Shown one piece after another: positions 1 through 7,643 of a DNA stretch of 43,278 bases (the first letter of the stretch is position 1; the number at the start of each line of letters is the position of its first letter). The notes below the pieces were generated by a model. That model made no database searches. It saw only the letters and a program-made list of their open reading frames with translations, and was not told the origin of the DNA. Both the position numbers and the translations under genes were made by a program. The stretch is from a virus (lineage: Duplodnaviria > Caudoviricetes): positions 1 through 43,278 of the IMG/VR virus record IMGVR_UViG_3300030095_000993; one strand, written 5' to 3'.

Positions 1-25
1 CTCGATAGTTGAGAGTCACTTCCAT
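1..25 (-). CDS. 5' part of the 20-aa YRG (DUF4278-like) peptide, cut by the window edge
   Basis: GGAGG-N7-ATG at 25 reads MEVTLNYR. The full copy is at 41994-42056. Confidence 0.7.
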
Positions 26-45
26 TGTAATACCTCCAATGTTAG

Positions 46-95
46 TGCGTTCCTTCGTACACTATGTACTACTTCCGAGCCTATGCTTGAACGAT
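46..95 (-). ncRNA. Glutamine riboswitch (glnA motif, class I), copy 1
   Basis: Minus strand reads AU-CGUUC-A-AGC(AUAG)GCU-CGGAAGUA-GUACA(UAG)UGUAC-GAAG-GAACG. This gives P1, P2 and P3 plus the GGAAGUA/GAA E-loop of the glnA consensus, directly upstream of a YRG peptide. Confidence 0.85.
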
Positions 96-104
96 CTTAA
101 TACC

Positions 105-132
105 AATATATAAATATTAATTTCATTGTCAA
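105..132 (-). promoter_or_regulatory. Sigma70-type promoter for the riboswitch/peptide
   Basis: TTGACA-N16-TATATT. The predicted start falls at the 5' end of the riboswitch, and both boxes are conserved in the second copy. Confidence 0.7.
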
Positions 133-293
133 GAACTTAAAGGAGTTATTCTAAACTGACCGATCATTAACTTTATGTTCGAATTTCCGTACAATTTCTG
201 ACACGCTAACTCTAATACTTTCCCTCGATGATACTCACTTACTTCAACTACCGCTTCATTCCCCTGCGTGTCAACAACTTTGTACATAGACAT
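129..293 (-). CDS. Small hypothetical protein, 54 aa (not in ORF track)
   Basis: GGAGG RBS; MSMYKVVDTQGNEAVVEVSEYHRGKVLELACQKLYGNSNIKLMIGQFRITPLSS. It is 40/54 identical to 42160-42324 with the frame preserved. Confidence 0.8.
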   Translation of the reverse strand: MSMYKVVDTQGNEAVVEVSEYHRGKVLELACQKLYGNSNIKLMIGQFRITPLSS

Positions 294-364
294 ACGTCCT
301 CCGTTAATGGTTAATAATAAAAATCACATTTGAAGGTAAAATTTAATACCTTCGCTTGTTTGAA

Positions 365-790
365 TTACTTGACTTGCGATGAGCCGAAGTAGAAACCTAC
401 TAAAGCTAACATGGTTTGTCGAACTTCAGGTAATAATACATAACCCTGTAGTTCTATCCAACCATTTCCTTTATCAAACATGCTGCCAAACAGAAACCCA
501 AATAGACCTCCAGGTTTGCCTGCCTCGATTGTGACTGGTTCGTTAAAGAAAGCTAATATAAATGGTGCAAAAATTACAGCAAACAATGTGCAAAGAGCAA
601 TAGTTCTACGAACGACTTGGCCTGCAACTCCATCACGCTTTGCAGCACGATCAGCAGAATCATCTGCTACACCTTGTTTTTTAATCATACCTTCAAGCAT
701 ATTAGCCTGTTGTTGTGCCTGAGAAGCTATGAGTTTCATAATAAACCCGGATAATGACCCGCCTAACATTGCCAATAACTCTACACTCAT
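365..790 (-). CDS. Membrane protein, possible holin (141 aa)
   Basis: Hydrophobic N-terminal, central and C-terminal segments ending LALVGFYFGSS, a pattern typical of 3TM holin-like proteins. Paralog at 42424-42852. Confidence 0.6.
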   Translation of the reverse strand: MSVELLAMLGGSLSGFIMKLIASQAQQQANMLEGMIKKQGVADDSADRAAKRDGVAGQVVRRTIALCTLFAVIFAPFILAFFNEPVTIEAGKPGGLFGFLFGSMFDKGNGWIELQGYVLLPEVRQTMLALVGFYFGSSQVK

Positions 791-987
791 TTTAACAACC
801 TTCCACCTAATAAACCTATACCCGCTAACACTATGCCTACAAACAACGCACGACCGATCATCAATGAAGTTGTATCTACAATTTTTAGTACCTGGCCGAG
901 TATAGGTAGATGTTTACTATCTATATACTTAGATGCGGTCTCTACCCACTCTTTTTCTTTTACACTAAAATCGCCATCTTGTTTCAT
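787..987 (-). CDS. Small membrane protein (66 aa)
   Basis: C-terminal hydrophobic helix. Translationally coupled to both neighbours (TAATG and ATGA overlaps). Confidence 0.7.
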   Translation of the reverse strand: MKQDGDFSVKEKEWVETASKYIDSKHLPILGQVLKIVDTTSLMIGRALFVGIVLAGIGLLGGRLLK

Positions 988-1292
988 TATAAAAACCTTT
1001 TCTTTATTACCAATGCGGCGACAGAAGCCATAAGAATAAAACTAATACTAGTAGGCTCAGGCACATTGCAATCATAATTTATTTCTTCGTTAAAAAATTC
1101 AAAAACTTCCTTATCCTGCTTCCCTTCGGTAAAAACATTGTGACCATAGACAGTATCCCAAGTATCCCAATACCAATCACAATCAGGTTTTCCGTTATTG
1201 CTTCCAAAATTATCTTTAAGTAAATCATATTGAGCTGGCGTCTCTTTCTTCGGCTTGTGCGTCTGGTGTTTGAGTGGATTGTTTAATGACAT
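987..1292 (-). CDS. PEP-CTERM sorting-signal protein (start uncertain)
   Basis: Ends VPEPTS, then a hydrophobic helix, then KKRFL. Its stop is coupled (TAATG) to the next gene. Confidence 0.65.
   Translation of the reverse strand: MSLNNPLKHQTHKPKKETPAQYDLLKDNFGSNNGKPDCDWYWDTWDTVYGHNVFTEGKQDKEVFEFFNEEINYDCNVPEPTSISFILMASVAALVIKKRFL
1079..1228 (-). CDS. Small single-TM protein, 49 aa (not in ORF track), overlapping the PEP-CTERM frame
   Basis: ATGA overlap with the stop of 1225-1749. MIYLKIILEAITENLIVIGIGILGILSMVTMFLPKGSRIRKFLNFLTKK has a TM helix and a basic tail. Confidence 0.6.
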   Translation of the reverse strand: MIYLKIILEAITENLIVIGIGILGILSMVTMFLPKGSRIRKFLNFLTKK

Positions 1293-1749
1293 CTTGTGCG
1301 GCCTTCTGTTCTGGTGTTAATGCATCGTATGCTTGTTGTCTCTTACGTTCTTCTCCAACCTTAACTCCCAAGAAAGATGTAGTGGTTGGTATAGCCACAC
1401 CCTCATATTTACTTCCAATAGGTGGTGTAATTGTACCTGTCTCCACCAACTCATTTACCAAAGGTTGTGCAACCTCGATTGCCTCAACCCAATTATCAGT
1501 TACTGCATCGGCCTGGAAGTAAACTCCACTACCCATAGCTATACAGCCACTCATCCCTATACTCTGAGCCTGTGCAACCACAGACTGTACTACCGTTTCT
1601 TTTACTACCGCTTCGGTGGCAATGTGGTCACGAACATCGAAAGACTTGCGAGTGCCTTCATCAGAGCCATAAACATCTCCCCTAGCACCCGACCTAGTGA
1701 TCGTGCCTTTGATAATAACTTCTTCGCCATCTGTAAAATGCTCACTCAT
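1225..1749 (-). CDS. Hypothetical protein (174 aa)
   Basis: Lies in the late operon, with TAATG coupling to the upstream gene. Confidence 0.7.
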   Translation of the reverse strand: MSEHFTDGEEVIIKGTITRSGARGDVYGSDEGTRKSFDVRDHIATEAVVKETVVQSVVAQAQSIGMSGCIAMGSGVYFQADAVTDNWVEAIEVAQPLVNELVETGTITPPIGSKYEGVAIPTTTSFLGVKVGEERKRQQAYDALTPEQKAAQDVIKQSTQTPDAQAEERDASSI

Positions 1750-1907
1750 TAATCCGTAACAACTTCAGAACCATCCCACTTAGCACCATCAGCTTCTAAC
1801 AGCTTGAGGTTTGCATAGGTCATAGAAGTATTAACTGATACTCCCTCTGTAACCTTTGCTGGGTTTAGCTTTACTTGTACGATGTCTGTGTCTTGTAGTT
1901 CTTCCAT
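1749..1907 (-). CDS. Small hypothetical protein (52 aa), possible tail-fibre accessory
   Basis: AAGGAG RBS before ATG 1907 (MEELQD...), directly after the tail-fibre stop. Confidence 0.6.
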   Translation of the reverse strand: MEELQDTDIVQVKLNPAKVTEGVSVNTSMTYANLKLLEADGAKWDGSEVVTD

Positions 1908-1917
1908 AACTATCTCC

Positions 1918-4014
1918 TTATAATTGTGTTTGTCCGTAAACGGCTTCTGCTGATGATCCAAAATTACTACCAGATTGATCGGATAATATAACGCCACCTT
2001 CAGGAATAATTAAACCACCAGACGAGGTTGCTAAATCTTTAAGCGACCCATCAATTTTTGTTCCACTCAAACCAATTTTTGAACCCTTTTGAGCTGTCTG
2101 TCCGTTTAATACTGCGTTTCCGTAGTCATTGTTAGCCGCAGCATATACATTTGAAGCCTCATCAGCAATAATACCTGTATAAAGGTCAGAGAAATAAGAG
2201 TTAGTAACGATACCAAACCCTCTTGAGAAACGAACACCCATTGGATTTGCATTAGTAGTTGCCGTTTCGTTTCCTTTAAATTGACAGTTATCTACATAAG
2301 TAGTTGAGTTTTTCGACACAATAATCTCCGAGTTATTATTAGTGCCTGTTATTTCAAACGCTAGGTCATTAACAAAGAAATCTGCAGAGTTATTAAAGGC
2401 TTGAATTAATCCTTGATACCCACCTGTTGAACCTGTAAGTTTAGTTCTAAAAGTTCCAGAACCAGTACCAGATTCATTTACGTTTGCACCTGCTGTAAAG
2501 TCATACGCTTGAAATACAATTTTACCACCAGTAAAAGCATTGATAGCAGTAGTAGCACTACCAAGATCGTATGTGTTTTGACTACCTGCCGCAGCTGCTG
2601 CAAATCTAAATGTAATTGCGTGTCCATTTAAATTTTTAGGTTGGTCTGCAATTAATGCTCTAATTTCAGCACCACTTGAACCCGCAGCAATTGTAACATT
2701 TTTGTTATATCTTAATATAGTCTCTTCAAGGATAAGACCATTTTTGTTAGTAATTAAACCACCTTGAGAAACTGAATAATCGGCACTAGAGCCTTCAATA
2801 ATACTAGTAGAATTTAATATACCAATGCCTACCTGTACCTGCATTCCAGTAACAGGTTGTGTTCCTGTCCAGGCAGCATCAAGTTGAGCCGCTGTAGCCA
2901 TATTACCTACAACAATACCTACACTTACATTGTTTACCCAAGAGTAACGAAACCAACTTGTTGCTCCTCTTTGTGACAACAAACCACGCATTGCTTGTTG
3001 ATGAGTAGAATAATTGCCTGTTAGTACAGAGTAATTAATGTCAACCCAAGCCGAACTTGCAACAACAACATATCCTTCGCCAGTTCCAGTAGTTTGTCTT
3101 AACTCTAAACCTTGAACATGAACCTCTGAGCATCTTCCAATTTCAAATATACGAGTAATACTTGTCCCTGAACTTTGAATTTTGTTTACTTTTGTATAAC
3201 TATTGTTATTTCTGTCGGTACCAAGTGCAGACGTAATTAAAAAGGTACCACCAGTAAAGTCCCCTATTTGAATATCGTCACTAATTGTTATGGTCTGTCC
3301 AGATTCGGTACCAAATACAAGGTTAATATCGTAACCATTTATATTTTTAGGTAGTGAATTAATAGCGGCTTGTATTGTATCTTGAGCATCATTGCTGTAG
3401 TCACTTGCATTAAACGTAGCACTTGTGTGACCAGTAACAACACATTGTGTAGTAGACTCTCCACCACTCTGAGTAATTGTAACTGTTGTGTTTGCTTGCA
3501 GTAAGTCAGCATTAATCTTGGTTAGGTTAGATGCAATGTTGGTTACATTGGTTGCAATATCTGTATCGTTAGATGCGATGTTAGTTGCATTGGTAGCAAT
3601 GTTGGTTACGTTAGTAGCAATGTCTGTATCGTTAGATGCGATGTTAGTTGCATTGGTAGCAATGTTGGTTACGTTAGTAGCAATGTCTGTATCATTAGAT
3701 GCGATGTTAGTTGCATTGGTAGCAATGTTGGTTACGTTAGTAGCAATGTCTGTATCATTAGATGCGATGTTAGTTGCGTTAGTAGCAATGTTAGTTACAT
3801 TTGTTGCGATATCTGTATCGTTAGATGCAATGTTAGTTGCATTGGTTGCAATGTTGGTTACATTGGTAGCAATGTCTGTATCATTAGATGCTATGTTAGT
3901 TGCATTAGAAGCAATAGCAGTTGTGTTGGTATTGATTTGATCAATCCCGGCATCTACTCTTGTTCTCCAGGTTAAGTTAGTTTGGCCATTGCTGTTAATT
4001 TTACTCAGAGTCAT
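1918..4014 (-). CDS. Tail fibre/spike: coiled-coil stalk plus two beta-helix-like domains
   Basis: N-terminal heptad repeats, then two related blocks (IQAAINSLPKNINGYDINLVF and IRALIADQPKNLNGHAITFRF) followed by G/S/N/T-rich beta sequence. Confidence 0.75.
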   Translation of the reverse strand: MTLSKINSNGQTNLTWRTRVDAGIDQINTNTTAIASNATNIASNDTDIATNVTNIATNATNIASNDTDIATNVTNIATNATNIASNDTDIATNVTNIATNATNIASNDTDIATNVTNIATNATNIASNDTDIATNVTNIATNATNIASNDTDIATNVTNIASNLTKINADLLQANTTVTITQSGGESTTQCVVTGHTSATFNASDYSNDAQDTIQAAINSLPKNINGYDINLVFGTESGQTITISDDIQIGDFTGGTFLITSALGTDRNNNSYTKVNKIQSSGTSITRIFEIGRCSEVHVQGLELRQTTGTGEGYVVVASSAWVDINYSVLTGNYSTHQQAMRGLLSQRGATSWFRYSWVNNVSVGIVVGNMATAAQLDAAWTGTQPVTGMQVQVGIGILNSTSIIEGSSADYSVSQGGLITNKNGLILEETILRYNKNVTIAAGSSGAEIRALIADQPKNLNGHAITFRFAAAAAGSQNTYDLGSATTAINAFTGGKIVFQAYDFTAGANVNESGTGSGTFRTKLTGSTGGYQGLIQAFNNSADFFVNDLAFEITGTNNNSEIIVSKNSTTYVDNCQFKGNETATTNANPMGVRFSRGFGIVTNSYFSDLYTGIIADEASNVYAAANNDYGNAVLNGQTAQKGSKIGLSGTKIDGSLKDLATSSGGLIIPEGGVILSDQSGSNFGSSAEAVYGQTQL
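3520..3897 (-). repeat. Six tandem 63-bp coding repeats (NIASNDTDIATNVTNIATNAT)
   Basis: A tctgtatc core recurs every 63 bp. Units 1-5 are identical in protein and differ only at synonymous positions. Confidence 0.95.
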
Positions 4015-4408
4015 TGTTGTATACCTCGCTATTTAATAAAGTTGTACGTTCTGCAATAGTTAACCAGTTGTCAATCGTGTATCCCTTAGTGTCGAGCCAC
4101 GTTTCCCAATCCTGCAAGTCGTCATAAGTTAAAGCAGGAGTGCGGTATGTCTCAGCTTGCATCGCCGCAAGACTAATAATTACCTTAGAGTTATCGATAG
4201 AGTAAATCTTACCCAACGTGTACTCGCCTACATTCTTCTGCTCTGGTTCTTCTTCTGTGCCTTTAGCTGACCAGTTAGCACCCTCTGGGATTGTCTCGTC
4301 TAGAAATGCTACAGGCACCTCCAAGTAAGCATACGGTACTCCGTTACTGTGAAGAAACTCGTCATACTTGTGCGGTTCAGTTACTATCTCATCCAAAATA
4401 TCTGTCAT
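4001..4408 (-). CDS. Hypothetical tail-associated protein (135 aa)
   Basis: Overlaps both flanking tail genes; acidic. Confidence 0.7.
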   Translation of the reverse strand: MTDILDEIVTEPHKYDEFLHSNGVPYAYLEVPVAFLDETIPEGANWSAKGTEEEPEQKNVGEYTLGKIYSIDNSKVIISLAAMQAETYRTPALTYDDLQDWETWLDTKGYTIDNWLTIAERTTLLNSEVYNNDSE

Positions 4409-7274
4409 TTTGTGTGTCCTCGTTAGAAGTTAAAGTTTCATCCTCATCGTACTGACCAATCTGAGTTATGTTACTACCTAATTCTTTAACCCAAGTGTTA
4501 TTGGTTCCGTTCGTATGAGAAAATAAATTGGTTGCTGAATACTCTCTATAGCTGTCAGCCCAGAATAACTCTGTACCTCCTGCACCTATTGTTGCTGTAG
4601 CGTTATTACCGTTGCTTGTTGAATCTGTAATAGTAGTGCCTTGACCTTCTGAGAAGTCGTACTGATACGCCGCACCACTTGGGATTGTTCCACTATAAAT
4701 ACCTTCGACCTCACTATCGCTTAGGACTCTTTCATAATAAATAAAGTCAAAGATAGGAACCTTGCCAAAACCAGAGCTAGCACCAGCAGCCACCCACCCG
4801 CCTACACCTGTTTCATATAAAGTTGCAGGAGCTGTTGCATTTGCATCAAAACTTTTATTTGTTGTTGTATTAATTACGCCTTCAATATCTGCGTGTAACT
4901 GATGATTTTCATTATCGACTCTAAAAATTACCCATAATGTTTTGCCTGCATAATCAGTAGCATAATTACTTGCCGTTTCGCTTTGTTCATACCCGCCTGC
5001 CACATAATTTCCATCTCTAAAAAACCAACTTCTTGTCGTCCCAGAAGACCCGTCTCTTGTAAATCCAATAGCTAAATTAGGAGTTCCGCTTCCAGTTGAT
5101 GTACCATATACTGCCCCTTCTTCGTTATCTGCTACTGAAAGTATAGCCGCAGGGAATTTAATTTTTGTTGCGATAGTTTTAGACTGAACAGTTGTTAATG
5201 ATGGTAGCGTCACAAAATCATCTACTCCATCTCCAGTTATTACACTTCGTGACTGCAACTTAACACCGCACTCAGAGTTGTTGTGAACGAACCCTAACGG
5301 GTTGCTTATCGATGTGTTACCTGTAGCGTAGTCTGCACTCACAAGCGAACCTGATGCGTCTGCTACACGTTGTCCCCAAAACTCTGCCAAACCACCCGCA
5401 CCAGTATTAACATTTGCTGTCCCTATAGAAGCCGTACCGTCATTGTTGTTAGTAGTTAGGTCTTGTATTGTGGTTGTACCGATGTCGCTTTGGAAGTCGT
5501 AGTTTGCAATTAAACTGTCATTTTCATAAACTTTAAAGTCCGAATACTCTGTATCTTGATTGTTAATATCAACACCGCCACTATTTAAAGCACCTATATA
5601 AATATTATCCGTTCCTGTGCCAGTTACATCGCCACCAGTATTACCTTTATTCACACCGTTCCAGTAAACATCTCCGTTTGGATACAATCTAATTGTCCCC
5701 AAAACCCCTTCTGGTGCTTCGCTTTCAGGGATTTGAATGAGTTGTGATCCTGCCCCAATAACAGCGTTTATCTTATTGGCACTTAAAAATTCAAAGTACA
5801 TACGATTGTTTGTATCTATAGCGGCACCACATCTTGTGCCATTAACAGTATAATTTGGTTTAAAGGTTGCTTCAAAGGATATGTTTTCGGTTAGGGGAAT
5901 ACCTGTATCTACATAATCATCCACACCATCAAACGTAGCAACCTGTTTTGTCTTGGTGTTGAGTGCGGGGACTCGCTTCGTTGTTATAGTACCAGTACCA
6001 TCGTTGGAATAGTAAACACCATTTACTTTATCATACAAACCATCTTCAGAGGGAACAAAGTCACGAATGACAGCAGTAGCACTTTCAAGCTTAACGTTAT
6101 GAATAATGCCGTTAAATGGGTGTTGTAAAGCTCCTCCATCCTGTCTGCCACCAATCCAAACATTATCGTTTGTGTGATTTCGACCTGAGGTTACAAAAGT
6201 AGACTGGACGACATCATTGATTTTTATTTCATTGTTATCGTAATCAACTTCAACTGTATACTTTACTCCTGCAACAAGAGTTGTAGAAGTAGTTCGGTTT
6301 GCTCCTGTGCTGTTATCTCTACTTTCTCCCTCAAATAAAGCAGTTCTCATTGAGCCGTCTGACATAAGTTCAAAGCACGCAGGTCTGCTAATGCGTAATC
6401 CTAATATAACTGCATCGCTTATTACGGTCGGTGTAAAAGTAACTGAATACTTTTTAACAAGCTGGTCGCTAACTCCAGTATTTACATAATCATCCGACCC
6501 ATCAAGTACAGCACCAGCATCAAACCCATACTCGTGATTCCAAGACTCGATGCCGTCAAGTGTAGAATGTGTTGCATTAATTATTGTACCGTTAGCTCCA
6601 TTACCGCTTACATCATAAGCTACAGAACCAGAGCCTTCTGCTAATGGTAAATGAATGTTTGCACCTACAGAAGAGTTTGATACAGAAACATTAGATATTT
6701 TGCCTTTCCAGCTTAGACCACCATTTCTGGCACCAATTTGAAATCCACCACTTCCTCCGTGACTACCTGCGGGTCTTATGTTTGAGTCTGTTTGTGTTGT
6801 TCCATCTGTTAGGTTTTCTAAAACAAAATTTGTTAACTGACCATTTGCATTATAAGTTATTGTGCTTTGATAAACCTTATTTAACTCTATAGCAAATATT
6901 TCTGCACTACTACTATTTACCTTTAAAAAATTGTTTTGCGTAAATAATCTATAAGCTGCAGAACCATTAGAATAAATAGCTTGCGTAGTTGCTACTTCCT
7001 GTTTAAAGGTTGCTGTAATAACACAAGAGCCAAAATTATTTCCTGCATCTGTTGTTAAATCTACACCACCCGATGAATCAACTTTTACATAATCACCAGA
7101 CCCATCAAAGTCGAGGCAGTTAACAGCGGTAAGCGTGGCATCCACACCCTTAGAGTTAGCAAGGGTTTTGCCATCTGCTGTGGGCCGTGTAAGCCACGAA
7201 ATAAGATGGTCTATAGTGGGCAATAACCCACCTGCCCGTGTAGCAAGCTGTCCTAAGTTTAACCAAAGAGACAT
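4389..7274 (-). CDS. Tail/receptor-binding protein with about four LamG (ConA-like) domains
   Basis: Four [F/L/G]DGxxD[Y/F]V starts, plus LamG-type motifs IGARNG, WIGGR, LAEGSGSVAYDVSGNG and FSEGQGTTITDS. Confidence 0.8.
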   Translation of the reverse strand: MSLWLNLGQLATRAGGLLPTIDHLISWLTRPTADGKTLANSKGVDATLTAVNCLDFDGSGDYVKVDSSGGVDLTTDAGNNFGSCVITATFKQEVATTQAIYSNGSAAYRLFTQNNFLKVNSSSAEIFAIELNKVYQSTITYNANGQLTNFVLENLTDGTTQTDSNIRPAGSHGGSGGFQIGARNGGLSWKGKISNVSVSNSSVGANIHLPLAEGSGSVAYDVSGNGANGTIINATHSTLDGIESWNHEYGFDAGAVLDGSDDYVNTGVSDQLVKKYSVTFTPTVISDAVILGLRISRPACFELMSDGSMRTALFEGESRDNSTGANRTTSTTLVAGVKYTVEVDYDNNEIKINDVVQSTFVTSGRNHTNDNVWIGGRQDGGALQHPFNGIIHNVKLESATAVIRDFVPSEDGLYDKVNGVYYSNDGTGTITTKRVPALNTKTKQVATFDGVDDYVDTGIPLTENISFEATFKPNYTVNGTRCGAAIDTNNRMYFEFLSANKINAVIGAGSQLIQIPESEAPEGVLGTIRLYPNGDVYWNGVNKGNTGGDVTGTGTDNIYIGALNSGGVDINNQDTEYSDFKVYENDSLIANYDFQSDIGTTTIQDLTTNNNDGTASIGTANVNTGAGGLAEFWGQRVADASGSLVSADYATGNTSISNPLGFVHNNSECGVKLQSRSVITGDGVDDFVTLPSLTTVQSKTIATKIKFPAAILSVADNEEGAVYGTSTGSGTPNLAIGFTRDGSSGTTRSWFFRDGNYVAGGYEQSETASNYATDYAGKTLWVIFRVDNENHQLHADIEGVINTTTNKSFDANATAPATLYETGVGGWVAAGASSGFGKVPIFDFIYYERVLSDSEVEGIYSGTIPSGAAYQYDFSEGQGTTITDSTSNGNNATATIGAGGTELFWADSYREYSATNLFSHTNGTNNTWVKELGSNITQIGQYDEDETLTSNEDTQNDRYFG

Positions 7275-7277
7275 AAC

Positions 7278-7580
7278 CTACGCCACATCTAAACTGCGAA
7301 CATTAATCTTTGCACTACCTCTAACATGAGTGTAGCTGCTAGACATAACGAAAGGGCGAGTTACCCCATATGGTGGAATAAAGTAAGCGTTAGACGCATC
7401 TGCTGACGGAACTCCCATTCCACTAGCTCCAAATGCGATCCATGCACCTGACCCTGTAACATCTGCTACCTCAATAATTCCTGATGCCGCAATTGCAGTT
7501 GTACCTGTTAGGCCACCGCTTAATCCTGCTACCTGAATTGTTGTTCCTTTTCCGCCAAATTGTTGTGCCGGGATTCCCAT
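7278..7580 (-). CDS. Small virion/tail protein (100 aa)
   Basis: AGGAG RBS; G/A/S-rich beta-type sequence; first gene after the promoter at 7607-7633. Confidence 0.65.
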   Translation of the reverse strand: MGIPAQQFGGKGTTIQVAGLSGGLTGTTAIAASGIIEVADVTGSGAWIAFGASGMGVPSADASNAYFIPPYGVTRPFVMSSSYTHVRGSAKINVRSLDVA

Positions 7581-7606
7581 ACTATTTCTCCTGTGTTGTC
7601 AATTTT

Positions 7607-7633
7607 ATTATAAAAAAAATACATTCTTGTCAA
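7607..7633 (-). promoter_or_regulatory. Sigma70-like promoter of the tail/lysis operon
   Basis: Intergenic TTGACA-N15-TATAAT. Both hexamers are perfect but the spacer is short. Confidence 0.55.
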
Positions 7634-7643
7634 GATTATACTC

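Larger units (their letters stand above)
1..790. repeat. Left copy of the terminal duplication (partner 42032-42852)
   Basis: Bases 1-81 are identical to 42032-42112. Beyond that the copies are colinear but diverged through the 54-aa and 141/142-aa genes. Confidence 0.95.

Noticed and set aside
3520-3897. Regular repeats as a possible CRISPR array
   Set aside because: Contiguous coding repeats with no unique spacers and no cas genes.
3488-3940. 150-aa plus-strand hydrophobic repeat ORF
   Set aside because: Antisense shadow of the tail-fibre repeat; no RBS.
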